A stretch of DNA of 64,000 nt from contig JBFHAT010000009.1 of assembly GCA_041586155.1 (NCBI GenBank), forward strand, positions 20,826 to 84,825. Reading direction: 5' to 3'. The first letter of the stretch is position 1. Each line of letters starts with the position of its first letter. The position numbers and the translations under genes are program-made. Below the pieces are notes generated by a model. It was not told the DNA's origin. It searched no databases and saw nothing but the letters and a program-made list of their open reading frames with translations. This DNA comes from Acidimicrobiia bacterium (GTDB taxonomy: Bacteria; Actinomycetota; Acidimicrobiia; Spongiisociales; JAENVV01). Shown one piece after another: positions 40,286-48,542 of this stretch.

Positions 40286-41502
40286 TCGAGCGGGTCGCCT
40301 ACCTCAGTTTTCACACGTCTCCCCTGTCGCAGCCGGGCACCGGCAACGCCGGCGGAATGAACGTGTACGTCGACGAACTGGCCCGGACGATGGCCGAGCG
40401 AGGCGTCGAGGTCGATGTGTTCACTCGACGCGAAGATGCGGAGGCGCCCGAGGTCGTGGAGGTGGCGCCCGGCTACCGAGTGGTCCATCTCGAAGCGGGC
40501 CCGATGAACCCACTGTCGATCGTCGAGCTTTCCGACCACGTCTTCGGGTTCGCCGAGCGAGTCGTGGAGTGGAGCCGGCGGCACAACCTCCGTTACGACC
40601 TCGTCCACAGCCATTACTGGCTCAGCGGCTGGGCAGGCCTGATGATCAAGCGGCTCTTGGGCATCCCTCTCGCCAACTCCTTCCACACCCTCGGCCGGGT
40701 CAAGGACGCCACGCGCCGGGCCGACCAACCTCCGACGGGCCTCATGCGTATCGCCGCCGAGCTCGACGTCATCGCCGGGTCTGATTGCGTCGTGGCAGCG
40801 ACACCGATCGAGATGGAGGATCTGCTCGAACACTATGGCGCCGACCCTGCCCGGCTTTGCCTCAATCCCCCGGGCATCAACCATGACTGGTTCTCGCCGG
40901 GCGATCAGGAGGCGGCGCGACGTCGAATCGGTGTCGATCCGACGCGTCGCCATGTTCTGTTCGTCGGGCGCATTCAGGCGATCAAGGGTCTGGACGTGAC
41001 GCTCGATGCGTTCGAGCATGTGGTGGGCGACGTCGCCGACGCAGACCTCCTGATCGTCGGCGGTGCCAGCGGGTCGAAGGGACCCGCCGAGCTGCGGGCG
41101 CTACGAGATCGGATCTCCGGCACGCGACTGTCCGATCGGGTGGAGCTGCGGACGCCGCAGCCGCATCGTGACCTCGCCGATTACTACCGGGCTGCTGACG
41201 TCTTGGTACTTCCGTCCCGGAGCGAGAGCTTCGGGCTGGTCGCCGTCGAAGCTCAAGCGTGCGGCGTGCCCGTCGTCGCTGCGGCCATCGGAGGCTTGAA
41301 CCACGTCGTGGTCGACGGCATGTCGGGTTTCCTCGTGGACGGCTGGGAACCAGCCGACTACGCCAAGCGGATTACCGCAATTCTCTGCGACCGGAACCTC
41401 GCCGAATCCTTGTCGACAGGCGCCATTGCTCACGCCGGGGCATTCTCCTGGGACCTCACCGCGAGCAGGTTGCTCGAGCTGTATGACGGCATCACCAGCT
41501 GA
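40282..41502 (+). CDS. mshA: D-inositol-3-phosphate glycosyltransferase (mycothiol biosynthesis)
   Basis: N-terminus RVAYLSFHTSPLSQPGTGNAGGMNVYV matches the MshA signature. GT4 C-terminal EX7E region. Confidence 0.8.
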   Translation: MIERVAYLSFHTSPLSQPGTGNAGGMNVYVDELARTMAERGVEVDVFTRREDAEAPEVVEVAPGYRVVHLEAGPMNPLSIVELSDHVFGFAERVVEWSRRHNLRYDLVHSHYWLSGWAGLMIKRLLGIPLANSFHTLGRVKDATRRADQPPTGLMRIAAELDVIAGSDCVVAATPIEMEDLLEHYGADPARLCLNPPGINHDWFSPGDQEAARRRIGVDPTRRHVLFVGRIQAIKGLDVTLDAFEHVVGDVADADLLIVGGASGSKGPAELRALRDRISGTRLSDRVELRTPQPHRDLADYYRAADVLVLPSRSESFGLVAVEAQACGVPVVAAAIGGLNHVVVDGMSGFLVDGWEPADYAKRITAILCDRNLAESLSTGAIAHAGAFSWDLTASRLLELYDGITS

Positions 41503-41911
41503 CCTCCCCGAACTGGTCGCCGAATGGACCGAAGACCCCGACAACCCGGTCGTCTATTGGGAGGTGGTCGACGGGCGGATCGCCGTACGGATGCGGCAGG
41601 AGACCCGTGATTTCACGACGGTGTGGTTCGAGGTTGGCGATCGATCCGTCCGGGTCGAGGCCTACGTTCTTCCGGCCGGCGACTCGCCTCCCGACCTCCT
41701 CCGCCAGTGTTTGGTTCGAAATCGGCGCACCTGGCGCACCCGTTATTGCATCGACGAGGAAAACGGCATCGTGTTGCGGGCCCGGGTGGCCACAGCACGG
41801 GCCGACCGGGACGAGCTCGAGTACGTGATGGCCGAGATCTACGAGCAGGTCGAAGAAGCGTTTCGGCCGCTCGTCGCAGCGCTTCGCACGGCCCGCTCCA
41901 CGCGTGCATGA
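41483..41911 (+). CDS. YbjN-domain protein (as downstream of mshA in mycobacteria)
   Basis: ATG 41483 inside the mshA 3' end. About 142 aa. Confidence 0.5.
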   Translation: MTASPADLPELVAEWTEDPDNPVVYWEVVDGRIAVRMRQETRDFTTVWFEVGDRSVRVEAYVLPAGDSPPDLLRQCLVRNRRTWRTRYCIDEENGIVLRARVATARADRDELEYVMAEIYEQVEEAFRPLVAALRTARSTRA

Positions 41912-42107
41912 GGGACGCCGAGATGGCGCCTGGAGGTGCGCCAAAGAGGCGGAAAAGTTTCTTTGGAAAGTTGTCTACAGCGTTTGTGCACAACCCCCTG
42001 GGGAAACCGGCGAATCCTGTGGACAACCGCTCGGTGAGCCCCAACTGAAGCGCCAATTGACTCGAAAAGACACTTGTTGAGATGAATAACGTTGGCAGTC
42101 GTACGGG

Positions 42108-42136
42108 TTGACGACCGCCTGCAGAGTTCGTACATT
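42108..42136 (+). promoter_or_regulatory. Sigma-70-like promoter TTGACG-N17-TACATT in a non-coding, lower-GC island
   Basis: Read directly. Near-consensus -35, 17-nt spacer, -10 with T at position 6. Confidence 0.4.
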
Positions 42137-42142
42137 CGGCGA

Positions 42143-42270
42143 GGGGCTGAGATCCGAGGTGCCGACCGCACGACGCCTTGTTCGGGGAAGTGCGGGGACT
42201 GAAGTGTTGGCCGGGTATGTCGGATGTTCAACCCGCGAGAACGGCGGCCTCTGGCCGCCGTTTCTCATTG
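42143..42270 (+). ncRNA. Candidate small RNA (~130 nt) from the promoter to an intrinsic terminator
   Basis: No ORF. Bounded by the promoter above and the hairpin ggcggcc-tct-ggccgcc followed by guuucucauug (42243-42270). Lies between convergent genes. Confidence 0.35.
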
Positions 42271-42807
42271 CCCCGGCGGCGGCTCGAGACCGACCAGCGA
42301 CCAGGCGAGGCCGGTGGCGTAGGGCTGTCTGGAATCGATCACCTCTTGCCCAGGCAGGGCGGTCTGCATGAACAGCACCGTGACGTAGATCGCCCCGTCT
42401 TGGGAGGTGTCGGCTCCGACCCCCACGCGATCGAATTCGTCGAGCACGTTCTTGCGATGTGACGGCGAGGCCATGAACGCGTCGTGCAGCTTCACCACCG
42501 ACGGCCCGAATCCGACATTCTCACCCAGCAGCGACCATCCGGTGGCGTAGCCGCCCAGCCGGTCGGAATGGAACAGGTCGCCGGACGCGATCATGCGGGC
42601 AGTATGAGCTCGAGCGTCGTCGGTGAGGTCGACGTATGGGCGCAGGGCTCCCAATCCCGCCTCGGCGCGGGCATCATTGATCGCCCCTACGAACCTGGAT
42701 TCGAGACCGGCGTCTTGACGTAGCCGGACATGGTGGGGGACTGCGGCGCTCGGCGAGGCCACGACACACACTGCCAGGACCGCGGCCACAGGCAGCACTC
42801 GGCGCAT
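42265..42807 (-). CDS. Secreted CAP (SCP/PR-1-like) domain protein
   Basis: ATG 42807 (MRRVLPVAAVLAVCVVASPSAA signal peptide) shares its A with the upstream TGA stop. Confidence 0.55.
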   Translation of the reverse strand: MRRVLPVAAVLAVCVVASPSAAVPHHVRLRQDAGLESRFVGAINDARAEAGLGALRPYVDLTDDARAHTARMIASGDLFHSDRLGGYATGWSLLGENVGFGPSVVKLHDAFMASPSHRKNVLDEFDRVGVGADTSQDGAIYVTVLFMQTALPGQEVIDSRQPYATGLAWSLVGLEPPPGQ

Positions 42808-43709
42808 CACAAGTCGACGCCGAACATCACCTGTCGCAGGTTGACCGGGGTGGTGGCGTACGTCTCCGGCTCGATTCGCATCGATCCGAGTCGCAAGCCC
42901 TGCATTCCCTCGCCGACGTTGGTCCGGACCCGCAGGATCTCGTGTTCGTCGAACGACAAGGTGCCCAAGCCGAGGCAACGGCCGGTGCCGTCGTGGACAC
43001 CCACCAGCATCCTGTCGAGCCGGCTGAGGTCGAGGCCTGCGGGGAGCGTGGGCGCGAAGACAGTCGGGCGCACTCGCCACGAGTCGAGCGGCTCGGCCAT
43101 CGCCATGGCAAGCTGCTTCGCCCGCAGGGCCGCCCGTGCATCAGCCGACTCGGGCACCAGGTCGGGCTCCACGCCCGTAGTGGTCACCTCGGCTGAGAAG
43201 AACCTTCTCAACATGCCAATGATGGGCTCCATCTCTGAACCCCGCTGAAGGCAAAGCACATGATCGGGCCGGGCGAGCTCCACCTTGTGATACTTGAGCG
43301 TTTGTCCGGTGACGCCTGACACGACGCCAGTGGTGTCGACGACGACGAGATCGGCTTCTGTGCGTGCGGCGGAAACCAAGGTGGCGGTGGCGGTGACCAT
43401 CTGCAGGACGAGGCGCGAGGGGTCGGTGGCCCCCACGAATCTGAGATCGTCGGCTTGCCACAGGCTCTGCAGGTCGGCCGTCGAACGCACCCAGCGCAGG
43501 CCGACACATGTCGGCGGCCCGACCGTCGACTGAGCGACGTCGGCGTCGACGTAGGCCGCCTTCATGCCCAGCTCCACCGCGGCGGCGAGCATCTTCTTGG
43601 CGAGAGTCGTCTTGCCCGTGTCGGGACCCCCCACCAGCATCGTCACGCCCCCGGCGGTCACGGTCCGATCGACGAATTGGTCGTGCGTCGCGTCGGCCAT
43701 CGGCGCCAT
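42807..43709 (-). CDS. Clp1/Grc3-like P-loop NTPase (putative polynucleotide 5'-kinase)
   Basis: MLVGGPDTGKTTLAKKM Walker A followed by YVDADVAQSTVGPP (Clp1 lid-like DxDxGQS). Later VVVDTTG and PDHVLCLQRG, as in Clp1_P. 300 aa. Confidence 0.5.
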   Translation of the reverse strand: MAPMADATHDQFVDRTVTAGGVTMLVGGPDTGKTTLAKKMLAAAVELGMKAAYVDADVAQSTVGPPTCVGLRWVRSTADLQSLWQADDLRFVGATDPSRLVLQMVTATATLVSAARTEADLVVVDTTGVVSGVTGQTLKYHKVELARPDHVLCLQRGSEMEPIIGMLRRFFSAEVTTTGVEPDLVPESADARAALRAKQLAMAMAEPLDSWRVRPTVFAPTLPAGLDLSRLDRMLVGVHDGTGRCLGLGTLSFDEHEILRVRTNVGEGMQGLRLGSMRIEPETYATTPVNLRQVMFGVDL

Positions 43710-43749
43710 GGTAGTTCTGTGCGATCTCGCACCGACCTAGCATGCGTCG

Positions 43750-44562
43750 ATGTCGCAGCCGATCAGCTTTCTGTCCGACTTCGGTCACGATGACGAGTTC
43801 GTGGGTGTCGTGCATGGCGTGATTGCACGCATCGCCCCAGAGGTGGCCGTGATCGATGTCAATCACGGGGTGGCTCGCGGAAATGTCAGGGCGGGGGCGC
43901 TGTCGCTGATGCGGGCTATCCAGTATCTCCCGAACGGTGTAGCCCTCGCCGTCGTCGATCCGGGCGTCGGAACCGCCCGGCGTGCGGTTGCGGTGGAAAC
44001 CGACTGGGGTTACTTCGTCGGCCCCGACAACGGGCTCCTCGCACCGGCGGTGGCCCTCATCGGAGGAGCGGGTCGGGCTCATCTCATCGCCAACGAAGAG
44101 CTGGTCATCCCGAGCGCCGGCGCCACCTTCGATGGTCGGGACCGGTTCGGCCCGGCTGCAGCGGTGTTGGCTTCGGGTCAGGCCGGCATCGAGGACATCG
44201 GCCCGGCGGTCCCCGTCGGGTCGTTGACGCCGAGCATGCTGCCCTTGCCGGCGGTCGAGACGGAGCGGGTGTCGGGAGTGGCATGGTGGGTGGATCGTTT
44301 TGGCAACGTCCAGACCAACGTCGGTCCCGACGAGCTTGCCTCCCTCGGCATCGGAATCGGCACCGAAATGACGGTGCGGATCGGCCCTGCCGAGCACGTG
44401 CTGCCGCTTGTCGCCGCATTCGGCGATGTGGAACCAGGGGAGGGGATGGTCGTGATCGACTCGCAAGGCCTTGCTGCTCTGGCGGTTCGAGATGGTCGAG
44501 CCGACGAGAAGCTCCGTCTCGGCGAAGGGCGCTCGGTGGTGTTCGAACCGATACGTCGGTGA
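43750..44562 (+). CDS. SAM hydroxide adenosyltransferase family protein (DUF62; fluorinase/chlorinase-related)
   Basis: N-terminus ISFLSDFGHDDEFVGVVHGVI typical of DUF62. 270 aa. Confidence 0.6.
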   Translation: MSQPISFLSDFGHDDEFVGVVHGVIARIAPEVAVIDVNHGVARGNVRAGALSLMRAIQYLPNGVALAVVDPGVGTARRAVAVETDWGYFVGPDNGLLAPAVALIGGAGRAHLIANEELVIPSAGATFDGRDRFGPAAAVLASGQAGIEDIGPAVPVGSLTPSMLPLPAVETERVSGVAWWVDRFGNVQTNVGPDELASLGIGIGTEMTVRIGPAEHVLPLVAAFGDVEPGEGMVVIDSQGLAALAVRDGRADEKLRLGEGRSVVFEPIRR

Positions 44563-44567
44563 TGGCG

Positions 44568-44660
44568 TCAGGCGGACAACAGCTGGAAGAGGAACACCGC
44601 TCCGGCGATCGTCAACGCTCCCAGAAGGGCGATGAGCACGATGGTGGTCGCCGGCCGCAT
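44568..44660 (-). CDS. 30-aa single-helix membrane peptide MRPATTIVLIALLGALTIAGAVFLFQLLSA (below the ORF-track length cutoff)
   Basis: ATG-to-TGA minus-strand ORF found by translating the reverse complement by hand. It sits downstream of the cbb3-like operon, where a CcoQ-like small subunit could be expected. Confidence 0.3.
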   Translation of the reverse strand: MRPATTIVLIALLGALTIAGAVFLFQLLSA

Positions 44661-44864
44661 CGTTCGATTGTAGGAAGCACCCCCTGTGTGCTCTGCGGGC
44701 TGATGCGATTTTCCAAAAAGTCTCTAAAGACATTCCGGGCCGATGCCGATACGATGGAACAAGGCGAACTCATTGACATCGAACCTATGCCTTGGGCACG
44801 TTCAGTACCCATGGTGTATCGGAAGCCTCCCAGCCCGCCCCGATGTCAACTGGGAGAGCCTGTT

Positions 44865-44892
44865 GAAGGGCGGACCCTCGGGTCCGCCCTTC
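44865..44892. terminator. Perfect 12-bp-stem hairpin gaagggcggacc-ctcg-ggtccgcccttc, T-rich on the plus side
   Basis: Seen directly 30 nt downstream of the stop of the minus-strand cytochrome c gene. Confidence 0.45.
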
Positions 44893-44919
44893 TAGGTTTC
44901 TGAGGAGGATGCCCGCCGC

Positions 44920-46005
44920 TCACTCGTTCAGGGATGCCGCCGCGGCCGGTGCGGTGGTTTCGGTGGGGGTTGATCCGCCGGGGGCGGTCCCGTCCGGTGC
45001 CGTCCCATCGGGCGCAGTCCCATCAGGCGTGGTCCCATCTGGCGCCTCACCGGCCGCAAGGCCGCAATCGACGAGGGCCTCCTCGGCGCTGGCGCCACCA
45101 AACACGACCCGCTCGTAGAGGACGACCTGGGCGAGTTGATCCGCACTCAGGGCTTGACCGAAGCCGGGCATGTTCCCGAATCCCCCGGTGGGCTTGGCCG
45201 TGTCGCCGTACGTGGACCCGATCTGGGCGGTCCAACCGGCCGTACCCAACTCCACCCATGTGATGTGATCGCCACACCCGCTGAAGGTCGCGAGCACCGA
45301 GCCGCCGCTCAGCTGCGGTCCGGCTGCGCCTCCGGCGCCGTTCGGCATGTGGCATGAGGCGCAATTGGCTGCGTACACGTCGGCTCCGGCCGCCACGAGG
45401 TTCCCGCCCCCGCCGCCGCCTGGTCCGCCGGCGCCCTCGTAGGCGGTCAAATCACAGTTGACGAGCTCGTTGCGGAAGTTCACCGCCAGCTGACCTGCTT
45501 CGCCGCACTCGGGCCCCGCCGATCCGACAGTGATATAGCCCACGGCCATGATGGGGATGACGACGAAGAACGCCATGAGCCAGCTGGGCACGACCCCGTT
45601 CGTGCGCTCTTTGATGCCCACCGACGGGACCGTGGTGACCACTTCCCACTCCGCGGCCTCCTCCAATGAGACCGTCTCCGGTGGCGGCGGACCCTGAACC
45701 ACCTGAACACCGCCAGCGCCGGCGCCGGCCGCCGCCGGTACCGGGGCGGCCTCGGCAGGCGTGGGGGCAGCCTCGGTGGGGGCATCCTCGATGGTTGCCT
45801 CTTCGGCGGCGGCAGGAGCACTTTCCGCCGATTCCACGGCCGGGGCCGCTGCCGTTGCCGCAGGGGCGGCTCCACCTCCGGCCCATGCCTGCAGGATGTC
45901 ATCGACCGATCCGCCGGTGGCTGCGGCGCGGGCTTTCGCCGACCGCTCTACCAGCGACTCCGGTACGCCCAGTGTTGCTGCAGCCGCCGCCAGGGTCTCG
46001 CTCAT
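44920..46005 (-). CDS. Membrane-anchored monoheme class I cytochrome c with conserved N-terminal module and C-terminal (PDGTA)n tail
   Basis: Single CASCH. Central TM. N-terminus MSETLAAAAATLGVPESLVERSAKARAAATGGSVDDILQAW. Tail TPDGTAPDGTAPDGTAPGG. Confidence 0.7.
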   Translation of the reverse strand: MSETLAAAAATLGVPESLVERSAKARAAATGGSVDDILQAWAGGGAAPAATAAAPAVESAESAPAAAEEATIEDAPTEAAPTPAEAAPVPAAAGAGAGGVQVVQGPPPPETVSLEEAAEWEVVTTVPSVGIKERTNGVVPSWLMAFFVVIPIMAVGYITVGSAGPECGEAGQLAVNFRNELVNCDLTAYEGAGGPGGGGGGNLVAAGADVYAANCASCHMPNGAGGAAGPQLSGGSVLATFSGCGDHITWVELGTAGWTAQIGSTYGDTAKPTGGFGNMPGFGQALSADQLAQVVLYERVVFGGASAEEALVDCGLAAGEAPDGTTPDGTAPDGTAPDGTAPGGSTPTETTAPAAAASLNE

Positions 46006-46850
46006 TGCGACTCCACCAGGTATTGGACCAGGGCATCGAGGTCTTCGTCCGATAGGTATGCAACTGCCGGTTGCTGTGTGTCGGGATTCACGCTCGAGGG
46101 GTCGACGAGGAACGAACGCAGATAGGCCGGGTCGCTGGTCGGCTCACGGCTCCCGACGTGGGTGAGGTCGGGGCCGATTCGCTGGTGACCGAACGTGTCG
46201 CCCGCAAGCGCAGCAGACGTGCCCGGTTCGGTCACGGTGCCCAGGCCCACATCCGTGACAGCCGACCGCACCATCTGCGTATGGCAGTAGAAACAACCTT
46301 CCTGCACGTACACCTGACGGCCCCGTTCGGCGAGATCGGTGAGCACCGGGGTGGTGCCCGGCAGTTGGTCGGCTGCGACGCTTTGCGCATCCTGGGCGGG
46401 GAGCACGACCGCGACCAACACCCCCAGCAAGAACAGCAGCACGATACCGACGACGTAGAGCTCCGGCCTGTCGACTCTCCCGGTGAGCACCGGCGCGGCG
46501 CCGGCACGGCGGTCGACGACGACGACGCCGCCGGGGTTCGGCGGCACCTGAGCCGATTGTGTCGAGGCTGCAGCGGTGGTCGCCGGCGCGTCGGCAGGAG
46601 CCTGGGCGGGCTGGGCGGACTCGACGGCCGGAGCCGGAGTCTCGCTCGCCGCTGCGATCTCGGCTTGGGCAGCCGCTTCGACCTGCGGAGCTGCGGCGGC
46701 GCTCCCCGAAGGAGCGGAGCCTCCGGCTGCCCAGGCCGCCAAGATATCCTCTACTGGAACGCCGGCCGCCTGCGCCCGCGCCTTCGCCGACCTGAGCACC
46801 AGCTCCTCAGGTCCTCCCATTGCGGCAGCGGCGGCAGCGAGGTCGCTCAT
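46002..46850 (-). CDS. CcoO/FixO-like monoheme cytochrome c (cbb3 oxidase subunit II homologue) with N-terminal module
   Basis: ATG 46850 forms an ATGA overlap with the CcoN-like stop. YVQEGCFYCHTQMVR matches CcoO YVREGCYVCHSQMIR. N-terminus MSDLAAAAAAMGGPEELVLRSAKARAQAAGVPVEDILAAW. Confidence 0.7.
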   Translation of the reverse strand: MSDLAAAAAAMGGPEELVLRSAKARAQAAGVPVEDILAAWAAGGSAPSGSAAAAPQVEAAAQAEIAAASETPAPAVESAQPAQAPADAPATTAAASTQSAQVPPNPGGVVVVDRRAGAAPVLTGRVDRPELYVVGIVLLFLLGVLVAVVLPAQDAQSVAADQLPGTTPVLTDLAERGRQVYVQEGCFYCHTQMVRSAVTDVGLGTVTEPGTSAALAGDTFGHQRIGPDLTHVGSREPTSDPAYLRSFLVDPSSVNPDTQQPAVAYLSDEDLDALVQYLVESQ

Positions 46851-48262
46851 GCGGCCTCCACGAGCACCTCTTGAGGGGCTGCCGCCCCGCTGGTAACGGT
46901 CCTCCACAGGTTGAGCACCATGATGATCTGGGCGGTGGCGACCACCAGCACGGCCAACAGCGCGAGGATGCCCAATGTCCGTGTGGAAGAGAGGGTGTGA
47001 GCGAATCCCTCGCCGACGCTGGCGAAAGCACCGGTATACGCCCCGGCCAGCCAGGTGTAGCCCGCCGCCAGCCCGGCGAGCCATGTGAATATCGTCACGC
47101 CGCCGACGCCCCAGAACATGAGTTGCAGCTGGCGACGGCCGGCCGTCTCGGAGTAGAGCTGGCGGCCGAACGCCTGCGGCAGTGCGTAGTAGAGGAACGC
47201 GGCGGCCAGCATCGACGCAGCTCCGTACAGGAGCCCATAGCGCGTGCCGGTGGAAAACTGTGTGAGGCCCACAACGGAGGCGACAGACCGGAAGCCTTCG
47301 GCGCTGCTCACGAATGAGAGGAACACCAGCACCACCGCGCCCGCAACGGCAAACCTCAAATCGGAGCGCTCGCGCACCAGCGACCACTTGCCTTGCAGGG
47401 TGCCGATGAAGTTGGCGAGCACCGCCAGGCCGGGCACGATCATGCCCATGGTGAAGATGATGGCCACCGACTCGATCCAGTTGGCGGCAGGCCCGTAGAT
47501 CATCGCCGCCGGACCCGTCCAGACCTGTGCGAACGCCAGCGACCAAAAGCCGGCCAGGGCGAGTGGACGGCTGAAGAGCGGGTTGTCGGTGACACGGGGG
47601 ATGAGGTAGTAGGCGGCTCCGATACCGACTCCCACCGACCACAGACCGACCATCCCGACGGTATAGAACGAGGTGGTCAACGCCGAACCGACACCGCCGA
47701 TCCACGGGTTGGCCCCCACCGCCGTCAACCCGACCAGCCAGATCAGGCCACCGACCACGTACCAGACGGAGATGTAGATACTCTCCACCTTGCGTTTGGC
47801 GATCGTCCTCAGTGCCACCGTCAGTGGCACCAGGTAGAACACGAGCAGCGCAAGGTCGAACCCCCAGTGGAACTCGCCCAGGAGCCGACCCTGGTTCGGC
47901 GAAGCGCCGGATGCGGTCAGTACGAGCGCGAGGACGGTGACCACCGCACCGGCCGCACCTGCCAGGCGAGCCAGGCCTTCCCCCCACATCTCAGTTGCGG
48001 TCAGCCTCGGCAGCAAGAAGTAGGCGGCGGCGAGATTGGTGAACGTCAGGAACCCGAACACGAGGGAATTGGTCGCCAGCGGAGCGAGCCGACCATACGA
48101 GAACAGGGGACTCGCCGCGCCGAATGTCGGGAACGCTGCTTTCAGTGCGGCCAGCACACCGACCACGGCGGCAACGGCGAGGAATGCCAGGGCGATGAGC
48201 ATGTGGGTACGCGCGGCGGAATCGAACTCGGCCACTCGGGTCGGATGCGATGTGGCAGCCAA
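46847..48262 (-). CDS. CcoN-like heme-copper-oxidase subunit I homologue lacking all canonical His ligands
   Basis: 471 aa, 12 predicted TM. Segment-by-segment similarity to cbb3 CcoN: YGRLAPLATN vs GRLRPLHTN, TIAKRKVESIYISVWY vs TLAKRKVKHIYVGNWF, YYLIPRVTDNPLFSRPLALAGFW vs YYFVPK...YSYRLSIVHFW, WTGPAAMIYGP vs AGPHHLHY. Only 4 His in the protein, none at ligand positions. Start is TTG 48262 or ATG 48202. Confidence 0.65.
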   Translation of the reverse strand: MAATSHPTRVAEFDSAARTHMLIALAFLAVAAVVGVLAALKAAFPTFGAASPLFSYGRLAPLATNSLVFGFLTFTNLAAAYFLLPRLTATEMWGEGLARLAGAAGAVVTVLALVLTASGASPNQGRLLGEFHWGFDLALLVFYLVPLTVALRTIAKRKVESIYISVWYVVGGLIWLVGLTAVGANPWIGGVGSALTTSFYTVGMVGLWSVGVGIGAAYYLIPRVTDNPLFSRPLALAGFWSLAFAQVWTGPAAMIYGPAANWIESVAIIFTMGMIVPGLAVLANFIGTLQGKWSLVRERSDLRFAVAGAVVLVFLSFVSSAEGFRSVASVVGLTQFSTGTRYGLLYGAASMLAAAFLYYALPQAFGRQLYSETAGRRQLQLMFWGVGGVTIFTWLAGLAAGYTWLAGAYTGAFASVGEGFAHTLSSTRTLGILALLAVLVVATAQIIMVLNLWRTVTSGAAAPQEVLVEAA

Positions 48263-48542
48263 GCCGCGCTCCTGTCGTCCGTCGTTCCGCGCTGAGACGC
48301 GCGGCTCCAGCTCGCGCCCCCGCCTTCATCCTGGGTGCGCTGCGGTCGGCATCATACTGGCTCGATCGTCGCCGCCGTCGGTTGCATCGCTCGATCGGCA
48401 ACACCCACGCTGGCGATTCAGCGCTCACCCCCGATTGTGCTACTAATCTCCTGCACGTGGGGCCCGCTACGGCCGTGCCCCCTTGTGAGAGGCGGACGAG
48501 AACAGACAGTAGGGCCTCGCGGTCCCCGACGAATCTGAGAGC

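Noticed and set aside
41912-42107. Possible c-di-AMP (ydaO-type) or 6C RNA in the lower-GC gap
   Set aside because: G-rich and C-rich tracts are present (aaccccctgggg, ggcgaggggc) but I could not match the known consensus confidently by eye. Reported only as a generic candidate sRNA.
43141-44733. 530-aa minus-strand ORF
   Set aside because: Arg/Gly/His-rich nonsense composition. Antisense to the SAM hydroxide adenosyltransferase gene and overlapping the Clp1-like gene. A typical spurious long ORF of GC-rich DNA.
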